Shown here: positions 40,565-49,494 of the stretch, piece after piece
Layout: each line of letters begins with the position of its first letter
How positions within the stretch are numbered: the stretch's first letter is position 1
Assembly: GCA_037308085.1 (NCBI GenBank)
Contig: CP147779.1
Span: 1,952,001-2,016,000 of the forward strand
DNA length: 64,000 nucleotides
Direction of reading: 5' to 3'
DNA from: Promethearchaeati archaeon SRVP18_Atabeyarchaeia-1
GTDB taxonomy: Archaea; Asgardarchaeota; Atabeyarchaeia; Atabeyarchaeales; Atabeyarchaeaceae
Made by a program: the position numbers and the translations under genes
Notes under the pieces: generated by a model
The model's database searches: none
The model's input: only the letters and a program-made list of their open reading frames with translations
What the model was told of the DNA's origin: nothing

Positions 40565-43081
40565 TTAGAGGCTTCCGAATTCCGCGCGGGCTATTATGTC
40601 GTCCTGTATTGGCTTCCCGAGATCTGTGAAGTAGGCGCAGTAGCCGGATACTCTTACCACCAGGTCTCTGTATTTTTCTGGGTTTTTCTGGGCGTCTCTC
40701 AAGGTTTGGCTGTCCACGACATTTAACTGGACTTGGCTTCCCCCCAATTTGAAGTATGCTCTGATCAGACTGGCCACCTTCTGTCTCCTCTCCTCATCTC
40801 TGAGTAGCATGGGAAGCATTTTGATGTTCAGTGAGCAGCCGTTAGCGATTTTTGTATGTTCAATCTTTGAGCACGATTTTAGTATGGCTGTTGGTCCGTT
40901 TTTTTCAGCTCCGTTACTTGGGGACAGGCTGTTTGATGTTGTTTCTCCAGCTTTTCTTCCGTTGGGTGTTGCTCCAAGTAGGTTCCCGTCTAGGACGTGA
41001 AGTCCATATGAGAAGAATGAGGCTCTGTAGGGTCCTCCTCTCCAAGCCTTTTTACTTGTTACCATGTCGCAGAATGTTCCCGCGATTTCTCTGGCTATCC
41101 AATCGGCGTAATCGTCGTCGTTTCCGTATTTTGGAGCCCTGTTTATTAGTATCTGACGCAGCCTTTCCCTCTTCTCTCCTCTAAAATTGTTTTCTAGTGC
41201 GTCTATCAATTCACTCATGGTTACGGTTTTGTCGTCGAAAACCACTTTTCTTATTGCAGCTAGGGAATCAACTGTTGTGCCTAATCCGCGTCCACTTATA
41301 GAGTTAAAATTGTACCTCGCTCCTCCACTGGTCATATCCATGGCGTTTTCCACGCAGCCCTCAAGCGTGGCTGAGATGTAAGGATTAGGAAACATCTTGT
41401 CGTAGACCTCGTCCTTAATCTCCACCAGCTGAGATATGACGTCGACGCTGTGCTGAAGCTGTTTCTTGAAGGCATCCATTACCTCTTCGAATGTTCTGAA
41501 TTCCCTCGGATCCCCGGTGTCTGCTCCGGTTCTGCGTCCGAGCATTCTGATCATTCCGTTGGTGAGCATCATTTCCAGAATACCCACCAGCGATATGTCG
41601 TTTCCGCTGGTGCACCCGAAGGTGTTTCCGGCGCTTGTAGGCTCCACGCATCCGATTACCGCGTAGTCCCAAGCGTCCCCAAATCCTGTTCCATTATTGA
41701 TCAGGGCGGGGATGGTAACATCGTCGTTGTATAGCGCGGGTCCCGAGGTCACGCTGTAGACTTCGGCGATTTTTCGAAGCCACTCCTCGCTGGACTTGCT
41801 TGAAACACGTACAGAGAAGGTGTTGGTGAGATTCTTCATGTTTTTACAAGCATCCATCCACACGTAGGAGAGCTCGTTAGTGGCATCCTCCCCATCTCTA
41901 CCGACTCCCCCAATGGTTAGGGCGTCCTCGTCGGCACCGAGTTCTGAGGCGGTGTGCTTTCCGAAGCTGGGAAGAAGGAGCAGATTGTAGCTGAACTTGA
42001 TTAAAAGCTCTTCCACAAGCTCCAAAGCCTGTTCGCGGGTGATTTTTCCATTTTCGATATCCTTCTTGTAGTAGGGGTAAAGATACTGGTCAACCCGACC
42101 CACGGCTCCAATTAAACCCACACCATAACTTATTGAAGCCATGACTTGGGTGAACCATAGGAACTGGCAAGCTTCGTAGAAGTTTCGAGGTGGATTGCAG
42201 GGAACCCATCTACAGTTTTCAGCCATCTGGAGCAGTTCGGCTTTCCTCTGAGGATTATCTTCTTTCAACGCCATTTCTTCAGCCAACGATGCGAAGCGTT
42301 GACCAAACATTTTTGCGGCGTCGCAGCAGATCATTACGGCATCGAGGAACTTCTTTTTTTCAGAGCCCACGACGGTTTTCTTTATCTCCCGCGCCTTTTC
42401 TTTCACTCCCTTGAACCCTGTTTTGATTACGTTGTTGATACCGATAACCAAATGGCCCTGAACATCAAAAACATTCATCACCAAGTTTGGATTATTAAGC
42501 GTCACCTCATTCAAGCTACTAGATATGTAGCGTAGTCTTCCCCCGGCGTATAACTTCATGATTTTCCACATGTTTTTGAAGCCGAAGTTCTTCAGTCTCC
42601 TCAAGTTGGCTCCAGGGCCGAGGCTGATTCTGAAGTGTAGTCCTCTCTCCTTCATGATCTTGGTTCGGTGGTCCCTTACCGTTTTGCCCTTCCAGTACTT
42701 GAGCGTCTTCCCCAGTTCTTTCTCTTCCTCTCCTGATATGTGGTAGGGGTGGTCCTTCCTATTTTTGAGGTTTTTAAGGTCTGTTCTTAGGACGTAGTTT
42801 AGTTCGCCGCGCTCTATTGGAATAATAGTTGCTACCAGCTTGCTGGAACGGTTTCCCACTATTTGTTCTTCGGGAAGTATGTAGATGGTCATTTTTTGTA
42901 GAGTGTTTTCCAGAGCCTTCGCGGCTCGGATGGCTGGGTGCATACCCTCTGTTTCCTTGTAGGATTCGGTGTAGTACCGGGCGCGCTCTATGCATATTTC
43001 ATAGGGTGCTTCCAGAATCTTTCTTCTATAGATTTGTGTTCTGGAAGGACTGGAGGTTTGGGTTTCCGTAACTTGGACCGT
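40565..43081 (-). CDS. Glycyl radical enzyme (PFL2/dehydratase-like, single-Cys GCVEP); inferred ACG start
   Basis: IGCVEP and VRVSGY motifs. The conserved N-terminus RRKILEAPYEICIERARYYTESYKETEG is in frame upstream of the first ATG (42943). Confidence 0.88.
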   Translation of the reverse strand, partial: TVQVTETQTSSPSRTQIYRRKILEAPYEICIERARYYTESYKETEGMHPAIRAAKALENTLQKMTIYILPEEQIVGNRSSKLVATIIPIERGELNYVLRTDLKNLKNRKDHPYHISGEEEKELGKTLKYWKGKTVRDHRTKIMKERGLHFRISLGPGANLRRLKNFGFKNMWKIMKLYAGGRLRYISSSLNEVTLNNPNLVMNVFDVQGHLVIGINNVIKTGFKGVKEKAREIKKTVVGSEKKKFLDAVMICCDAAKMFGQRFASLAEEMALKEDNPQRKAELLQMAENCRWVPCNPPRNFYEACQFLWFTQVMASISYGVGLIGAVGRVDQYLYPYYKKDIENGKITREQALELVEELLIKFSYNLLLLPSFGKHTASELGADEDALTIGGVGRDGEDATNELSYVWMDACKNMKNLTNTFSVRVSSKSSEEWLRKIAEVYSVTSGPALYNDDVTIPALINNGTGFGDAWDYAVIGCVEPTSAGNTFGCTSGNDISLVGILEMMLTNGMIRMLGRRTGADTGDPREFRTFEEVMDAFKKQLQHSVDVISQLVEIKDEVYDKMFPNPYISATLEGCVENAMDMTSGGARYNFNSISGRGLGTTVDSLAAIRKVVFDDKTVTMSELIDALENNFRGEKRERLRQILINRAPKYGNDDDYADWIAREIAGTFCDMVTSKKAWRGGPYRASFFSYGLHVLDGNLLGATPNGRKAGETTSNSLSPSNGAEKNGPTAILKSCSKIEHTKIANGCSLNIKMLPMLLRDEERRQKVASLIRAYFKLGGSQVQLNVVDSQTLRDAQKNPEKYRDLVVRVSGYCAYFTDLGKPIQDDIIARAEFGSL

Positions 43082-43243
43082 TTTTGATCTCCCCTTGAAC
43101 CTCTTAGGTTAACAACATCGTTTAAGAATATTAGCTTTTGTTTATGCAAAAGCCATGCCCAGTGGGGGTCAACCAACCATTAGAGTTTTCAGAAGAGATA
43201 GCGGGATTTTTTCGAAGAGAAACGTTCAGCAGAGAGGAGATTT

Positions 43244-43391
43244 ATGGGTAAAGAGATTTCTTGGAAAAATAAACTCGTTTTCGGTGATTGTCAGAATATG
43301 CAGGAATTGGAAGATAGTAGCGTTCATTTGGTGGTTGCTTCTCCATATTCTAACGCTCCTTTTGATTATCCGGACCTTTTTGAGAGTTATG
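43244..43391 (+). pseudogene. 5' remnant of an MTase paralogous to 27868-28770, truncated at an IS junction
   Basis: WKNKLVFGDCQNMQELEDSSVHLVVAS-PYSNAPFDYPDLFESY matches WINKIVFGDCQNMQELEDKSVHLVVTSPPYFNAPFDYPDLFKSY. Confidence 0.85.
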
Positions 43392-44841
43392 GAAAGGGTT
43401 CGGAACTGTTCGGATGGACTGTATAAATACGTGTAATCACATGTAAGACAATATGGAAGGAGAACTACGGGATGGAGAGCTTCACCCGGGCAGCCTGCGG
43501 ATCCTGGCGGTCGCACGTGAAGAGGCAGCCACCCACCGGGGGCACCACAGGTGGAAGGCGAGGGAAGGAGAAAAGAGAACCATCACGGTCGGATACGAGC
43601 CCTCCGCAGCAACACTCAGATACCTTGAGGACATGAGGGACGCGCTGACGGGCGCTGTCGCCCACGCATACGCCCTTGCCAAGACTGGTGGCCTGCTCCC
43701 GAGCCCAGTGGCGCTGAGGAGGAGGGTGAAGCCCTGGTTCGACGCCCACTACGACTACGCGAGGCACCACGTCAACCCTGTGTGCAGGACTGCTGTATCA
43801 CTGCTCAGGTCGTACAGGAAGAGGCACCACGAGCTCGCAATGCCCCGGGTCAGGAGGCTAGCCATGAGGATCGACTCCGAACTCTTCCGCGTCCTGGAGA
43901 AAGATGATGGAACCGTGACTGTGAGGGTGACGCTGAAGCCCTTCACCTACGAGACCATCACCTTCACTCCAAGCCACAGGAAGTGGAGCGAGTACAGCAG
44001 GGGAGCAGTGAGCGAACTACTGCTGACTGACAGGAGGCTCTGCGTAACCTTCATCGTGGGGCCTGATGGCGACGGCGGAAAGCCTCTCGGCGGGAGACTC
44101 GCAGGCTCAGACCTCAACTTCCGAAGCATAGACTCCACAGCGTTCAGAGGTGGCAAGCTGGAGCCACCCTGCACTGAGCCTCTCAACAAGATAGTGCAGG
44201 TTCAGAACGATTTCTCAAGGAGGCGAAGGAGACTCCAGCTACACATCAGGAACCCAGAGAAGAGAGCAGCGAAGCTCGCTGAGACAGGGGGCAGGCAGAG
44301 GAACAGGGTCCGGGACGAGCTCCACAAGCTCTCAACCAGGATCATCGGGGAGAACCCTGGCACCTCATTCATCTTCGAGGACTTGAGGAACATCCGGGGA
44401 AAGGGGGAAAGGAAGAGGAAGAAGGCGAGCAGGAAGCTGAGGACGTACCTGAGCCGATGGCCCTACAGGATGTTCCAGAGCATGGTCGAGTACAAGAGCC
44501 GATGCAGGACGATTTACGTGAGCCCGAGGGGGACCTCCACGGAGTGTCCCGTCTGCGGTGGAAAGTTAGAGCACCCAGCTTGGGCCATATCGAGATGCAA
44601 AACCTGTGGCGTGGACTACCAGCGGGATAGGCTCGCCTCGCTGGCGATACTCCGCCGTGGTCTGCGCCTTTGCCGCTACCCGTTTACGGTGAGTGCGGGC
44701 GCCTCTTGGCAGCAGATGAGGGATGAATACCTGTACGCCCCCGGAGAGCCGAGGCCGGGAGAACAGGCTGGACCAGATGCCGCCAACGCTCCGAATAGAA
44801 ACGCGGAAAACTTCCATGGTTTTCCACATTTCTAGAAACGG
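43391..44841 (+). mobile_element. IS607-derived tnpB-only element
   Basis: GG at both junctions (TAT|GGAAAG and GAAACGG); truncated genes on both flanks; vestigial TnpA HTH at the ORF start. Confidence 0.6.
43453..44835 (+). CDS. tnpB: TnpB nuclease (triad intact) with N-terminal degenerate IS607-TnpA-like HTH
   Basis: GSDLN, FIFEDL, CPVCG..CKTCG, QRDRLAS. Confidence 0.85.
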   Translation: MEGELRDGELHPGSLRILAVAREEAATHRGHHRWKAREGEKRTITVGYEPSAATLRYLEDMRDALTGAVAHAYALAKTGGLLPSPVALRRRVKPWFDAHYDYARHHVNPVCRTAVSLLRSYRKRHHELAMPRVRRLAMRIDSELFRVLEKDDGTVTVRVTLKPFTYETITFTPSHRKWSEYSRGAVSELLLTDRRLCVTFIVGPDGDGGKPLGGRLAGSDLNFRSIDSTAFRGGKLEPPCTEPLNKIVQVQNDFSRRRRRLQLHIRNPEKRAAKLAETGGRQRNRVRDELHKLSTRIIGENPGTSFIFEDLRNIRGKGERKRKKASRKLRTYLSRWPYRMFQSMVEYKSRCRTIYVSPRGTSTECPVCGGKLEHPAWAISRCKTCGVDYQRDRLASLAILRRGLRLCRYPFTVSAGASWQQMRDEYLYAPGEPRPGEQAGPDAANAPNRNAENFHGFPHF

Positions 44842-45065
44842 TTGATCACGTCGTTGTTTCTTGTCCTATCGGAGGTAATGTTGAATGGATCTACAGCGAA
44901 GTCAACACGGGGACAGTAGAGATTTCTAGTGACTATGTCTTTTGAGTTCTTAGCGATACTCCATTCAGGAACCACATTGTTGTTCCCGAAGATGCGATCC
45001 AGGGACCTCAGGATCTCGCTATATTCGCTAACGTCAGGTTGCACCAAACCAGAGAGATTGGTCAT
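44842..45065 (-). pseudogene. 5' fragment of an unknown (possibly nuclease-like) gene cut by the IS right end
   Basis: MTNLSG...VVPEW...YCPRVDFAV reading runs into the IS end. Confidence 0.45.
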
Positions 45066-45162
45066 GGTGGAGCAGGCATAGCCTTTCAGACATATTAGTA
45101 CTCTTGTTGCTAAAGGATTGGAGGACGCTTATGCGCGTTATTTGTTTAGAGCTTTTGCTTTG

Positions 45163-45190
45163 CCTTCGAATAAGTCGGCTTATGTGAAGC
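45163..45190 (+). other. dif-like Xer recombination site 4
   Basis: CCTTCGAATAA-GTCGGC-TTATGTGAAGC. Confidence 0.72.
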
Positions 45191-45364
45191 CGTACGAGAG
45201 GCTCGTCTAGGGGTGACGAAGCCAGAAGCTTGACAAGATGGCGTACCTCAATGTGTGGCTGAGATTCGTGTCTTCTTAAGCTACAGATACCAAGAAAAAC
45301 TTAAATGCAATCATAATAGCTTCCTATCCAAGCTGCCTCAGCCAGGAGAGGGGATGTAGCGAGT

Positions 45365-46174
45365 TTGGTTCTCGGCTTGATTGACTGGATCGCAGTTAAT
45401 TGGCTCGCCATTATCGGTCTTGTATCCACTTTTCTTTTCGGACTTCTTGCAGTAGTGTTTTACTATAGGAGTAAGAAGAATAAATCTCCATCCTACGCTA
45501 TTCGTAGCACAAATCTCGTGAGAGATCTGATCAGCAAATTCGAACACCTAGAAGTTCGGTACCGACGCCAGCGACTGGCGAACATGACTGTGACAAAGAT
45601 CGTGTTCTGGAATGCTGGCCGCGATACAATTCAAAGGGGAGACATCGCGTCAGCAGAGCCTGTGGCAATATACGCGCGTGAGCGTGTCAAGATACTTGAC
45701 GCGAGAATAGTTCAATCTGTTGAGCCAGCAAACAAATTCGGTCTCGCCGTGACTGAAAACCATTCCCTTGTCAGAATCGGATTTGAGTACATTGACAAGG
45801 GCCAAGGAATAGTTCTGCAGACACTTCACACGGGACAGTCAAGTCAAGATATTGATGTCCGCGGAAAGATAAAGGGAGCCGGGGGCCTGGTCAGAAGGCG
45901 CGTCCAGCGTCCTCCAGATCTCTCCTCCATACCCTTTTTTGGCAAACGATTGTCAGCGAAGCAACGGCGATACGTTACGGCGATAGTTTTCTCACTGATT
46001 CCTGTTGTCCTGGTACCTCTTGGATATTTCTCGTGGCTCCCCACTGAATTGGATTTTCGTTTCTACTTTTTTGTAGCCTTCTTCGGCGTATTTACGATCT
46101 TGTGTTGGTCGATAGCCCTCTCTACCTTGAGAAAAAGGTTACCTGATAAACTGGAAGTCTTCTGGGAAGACTGA
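45365..46174 (+). CDS. Hypothetical membrane protein (one N-terminal and two C-terminal TM helices)
   Basis: Hydrophobicity pattern; FWNAG beta-sandwich-like middle. Confidence 0.7.
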   Translation: MVLGLIDWIAVNWLAIIGLVSTFLFGLLAVVFYYRSKKNKSPSYAIRSTNLVRDLISKFEHLEVRYRRQRLANMTVTKIVFWNAGRDTIQRGDIASAEPVAIYARERVKILDARIVQSVEPANKFGLAVTENHSLVRIGFEYIDKGQGIVLQTLHTGQSSQDIDVRGKIKGAGGLVRRRVQRPPDLSSIPFFGKRLSAKQRRYVTAIVFSLIPVVLVPLGYFSWLPTELDFRFYFFVAFFGVFTILCWSIALSTLRKRLPDKLEVFWED

Positions 46175-46639
46175 TATTACCTGGAGTTCATGCTGATATG
46201 ATCTGGATGTGACCGTCTTCTCAGCGAACTAATGACAGTGCATAATTCCGCAAGCCTTCATTCTCGTGGCGAAACAAGCAACAACTGATCTATCGTATTC
46301 CAAGCTCATCTAAGAGGACAAGTGACTGATACCTGGGTACGTGCGATCAATGCATAGGAAGAGAAGTCAAACCACCTTTTCCAAGACCTATTCCGTCATA
46401 TCATGGGACATTTCCATAATCGCATGTTTATCGATGGTGTGCACGCAAGTCAGCCTGTGAGTATTCCCGCGCGGTACTGGGTAAAAGTGAAGATCCTCCA
46501 ACCAGTCCGCGGAAGAACGCTGGGGCGAATGAGACTTCACGCGATACACGTGAACCATCAGACCACTCCAACGATCAATCTCAGGAATTCGTTAACAAAC
46601 ATTTTTGGATCTTGGAAGCTATTCGGTTCAACCTATACT

Positions 46640-47119
46640 TCAACTGTCTCTACCATAATGCCTTTCCAGAAAGTAAGCAAGGAACCAAGCACTGAAGTAG
46701 ATGAGGGCGGCATAATCATACTTGTTCTCCGGAGGAAATGCCTGTGGCAAAATCAGATAGAGAGGCCAGACTATAATATAGAAAACCGCGAGGGGGGTCC
46801 CCGCGATTGCCAGTGTCCTTAAGCCCGAGTGAACCACGAAATGCGAGAACCCACAATTTCTAGTCCACGTTGCTTTCAATATTCCCCTGTACTGTGAGTT
46901 AAGATAATCAAAAATGATGCAGAATGAAAAGAAAACGAATGCCGCGACTGGGATGATTGACACTATCTGACCCCATGGCGGATAATATACATGAGATGGT
47001 AGGAACTCTGCATTGAGCCTACTAAACATCAGAGTGAAGAATACCCCAAATACGGTCACTATCAATACTGGTTCATAGTCTGTCGGATCTTTTTCCTTTG
47101 CCTTGTGATTTGCGGGCAT
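46640..47119 (-). CDS. Hypothetical multi-pass membrane protein
   Basis: Four hydrophobic segments. Confidence 0.6.
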   Translation of the reverse strand: MPANHKAKEKDPTDYEPVLIVTVFGVFFTLMFSRLNAEFLPSHVYYPPWGQIVSIIPVAAFVFFSFCIIFDYLNSQYRGILKATWTRNCGFSHFVVHSGLRTLAIAGTPLAVFYIIVWPLYLILPQAFPPENKYDYAALIYFSAWFLAYFLERHYGRDS

Positions 47120-47318
47120 ACCGTTACCCCCTATTACCCTTCTCCTCACCGAGTGCAGTTTAACCTAACTCCCTTATAAGTTTGTGGTGAATTGTCAAAT
47201 CTATTAGACATGGCGCTAAGGAAGAAGCTAGAGGTTGGGGAGCAGGGGAGAAGAGCAGAGGGAATTTGGCTGACTTGGACTTTGAGATATAGCAGTAAGT
47301 CATTTGAAATGTAGATTG

Positions 47319-47346
47319 GTTTCACCTTATTCGGCTTAAGTGAGTC
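47319..47346 (+). other. dif-like Xer recombination site 5
   Basis: GTTTCACCTTA-TTCGGC-TTAAGTGAGTC. Confidence 0.55.
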
Positions 47347-47479
47347 AGTTGAGCCACAGGTGGAGAGTCGAAGACAGTTACCCAGGCTACAGGAATCACT
47401 TTCCTAGCTGATGATCGTGTACAAAGTCTGTTCCGCATCCCGGCTATTGGCTACATTTATAATTGATCTTCTACGTAAT

Positions 47480-48724
47480 ATGTTCGGGATGATGGCTGTG
47501 CGAATTGACAAGGAAAGTTCCTCATTGGAATCTGCGGTCAAACCATTGCTTGAGGCTGCTGTTGCCGAACAATGGAAAGATGTGTTGAGTATCTTGTACC
47601 TCAACGGCTCTGTTATTGCACTGTCTGAGGATCTGCAGATGTTCTGTTTGGTGAGTGCTAGCGGACCGTACCAGGATATCGATCGCTCAATGGACATCTT
47701 GAAAGGTAAATCGGAAGTCGAACTTGTCCCTGTTTTTAAGGAATTCTTCAGTATGCTCTTGCCGAGGATCATGGTCATTCTACGGAAAGAAGAAGTCGCC
47801 TTGGCAAACAAGGAAGAAAAACAGCAAATGTTAGCAATGATGCTTATGGCTGAATTCCAGGGAGAACAGCGGACATATCAAAGAGATATTTCTCGAATTA
47901 TCGTCCAGGGCGCGTCATCACTTTCGGGTTCCATAGCCGTTGGGGTCGCAAAAACACTTCTAGAGATGAGGGACAGGCACATACATTCTGCTCTTGATGA
48001 GGAAGATTATGAGTTGATGATAGAGGGTTTGAGAAGGCTGAATATCATCGAGTCTGCCCTGCAGGTAAGCTTGTGTCCTGAGTGTGCCAATTACCAATTT
48101 ACTGTCTCAAGATACCCCTCGTTGGTCGAGGTTTGTCCGAGGTGTGGTTCCGAATGGGTCACTCTCACGCTTTATAGCCTTCAGCCTCCCTACAGCCTGA
48201 CGAAGGCTGACAATTCGGATCTTCCACTCTTCATTTCAGCCTACCTCAAACACAAGATAGGTATAGCAGCACCGACAGAGATGGTCAAGATCCTGCCCAA
48301 GGCCGTCATAAAGACAAATGAAGACAAAACGATTGAGGTTGATGTATACCTGCCGGACTACGATGCAGGGATAGAATGCAAAGTGTACGAGGATGCTTTT
48401 GCCCCTATGACCCAATCAAGGCTGGGCACCATTGTGGGTCATCTCATACCACAAATTAAGAGGTACACAAGCATAGGAATAAAGACTGTGATAGTCGTCA
48501 CGAACTTGGATGAGGGATCGCTGGGCAAGCTGAAAAGTGGTCTGCAGGACAGGCTGGCGAATGAAGATCCGAAGCCCACGGTCGAGGTTCTGCCGGGAGA
48601 GATCAACACTTTGCTCAATTGGCTAAATCAGCGGTCTTCGGCAATAGCTAAACAGATTCAAGATTCCTTAAACAAGGCACTTACGGATAGCATTCAAGGA
48701 AAACATCCATTGGATGAAAAGTGA
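47480..48724 (+). CDS. Zn-ribbon plus PD-(D/E)XK restriction-like nuclease
   Basis: CPEC...CPRCG; EVDVY...GIECK; QIKRY. Confidence 0.7.
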   Translation: MFGMMAVRIDKESSSLESAVKPLLEAAVAEQWKDVLSILYLNGSVIALSEDLQMFCLVSASGPYQDIDRSMDILKGKSEVELVPVFKEFFSMLLPRIMVILRKEEVALANKEEKQQMLAMMLMAEFQGEQRTYQRDISRIIVQGASSLSGSIAVGVAKTLLEMRDRHIHSALDEEDYELMIEGLRRLNIIESALQVSLCPECANYQFTVSRYPSLVEVCPRCGSEWVTLTLYSLQPPYSLTKADNSDLPLFISAYLKHKIGIAAPTEMVKILPKAVIKTNEDKTIEVDVYLPDYDAGIECKVYEDAFAPMTQSRLGTIVGHLIPQIKRYTSIGIKTVIVVTNLDEGSLGKLKSGLQDRLANEDPKPTVEVLPGEINTLLNWLNQRSSAIAKQIQDSLNKALTDSIQGKHPLDEK

Positions 48725-48809
48725 GCGAGGCCTTAGCGCTGCAAAGCGCAGTACGAAATTTGGGCCCCTTATCGAATTGCCACTAAATCGACACCGTCCA
48801 CGCATTATC

Positions 48810-49388
48810 CTAGTCGATGTCTAGTTGAGAGTATTCATTTGCCCTTCTGGTACCTATTACGAAGACACTCTTGGTACTCTTATTGAGGACGAGATAGGCG
48901 ATCTCAGGATTCTCGTAGACTAGTTCTACTACCTCGTCGACTTCCTTTCCGCTTATGACAAGCCCAACCAAGCAACTCATAAATCCGTCCGAAAAGGATC
49001 CCCATCTATAATAAAGGCTGGACTTCGCGACGAGTCTCGGTCCACTGATAGCTCTCGATGGACGTTCGAACATGCAATGGAACAAGGCGACTTCTTGCAG
49101 ACGAATATCAGTAAAGTCAGGAAAGCAATAGAAACCCCATCTCAGTCGAGATAGGAGTGTCTGCTGATTGACATCTATATCATACTCCCAGGGCGGTCCC
49201 TCATTTCGTGGCCTCTTGAATTGCAGACCAAGGATTTTGTTATTTACGGCGATAATCCTATCTATGGGCAACTTTTTCTCCTTTACTTGCCCTATTGAAT
49301 ACACCCTAACCCTCCATCCGATTCTTCGGAAGTAGTCGGCGATGCCAATCAGGATCCAGTCGGCATAATTGTCCTCCGTGGGAATCAT
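48810..49388 (-). CDS. PD-(D/E)XK-like nuclease (QFK variant)
   Basis: TED...EKKLPID...GLQFKRP. Confidence 0.6.
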   Translation of the reverse strand: MIPTEDNYADWILIGIADYFRRIGWRVRVYSIGQVKEKKLPIDRIIAVNNKILGLQFKRPRNEGPPWEYDIDVNQQTLLSRLRWGFYCFPDFTDIRLQEVALFHCMFERPSRAISGPRLVAKSSLYYRWGSFSDGFMSCLVGLVISGKEVDEVVELVYENPEIAYLVLNKSTKSVFVIGTRRANEYSQLDID

Positions 49389-49494
49389 ATCCGAATGCCT
49401 CCTTGGAAATCACTTCGGATTTCCTGCAATAGTTTGGATCACGCCATCTGCTGCCACCCGTTTCTCCTAGAAGCTACTTCATTAGATCCGGGTC

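Noticed and set aside
43191-43218. Inverted degenerate dif-like site AGAAGAGATAG-CGGGAT-TTTTTCGAAGA
   Set aside because: Only one arm matches and the spacer differs; kept as a weak candidate only.
45121-45148. GAGGACGCTTA-TGCGCG-TTATTTGTTTA next to site 4
   Set aside because: The geometry fits, but the arms and core do not match the consensus.
36391-47346. Classical integron with attC sites
   Set aside because: The sites are 28-bp 11-6-11 elements rather than RYYYAAC...GTTRRRY hairpins, and the recombinase shows no obvious IntI-specific insertion.
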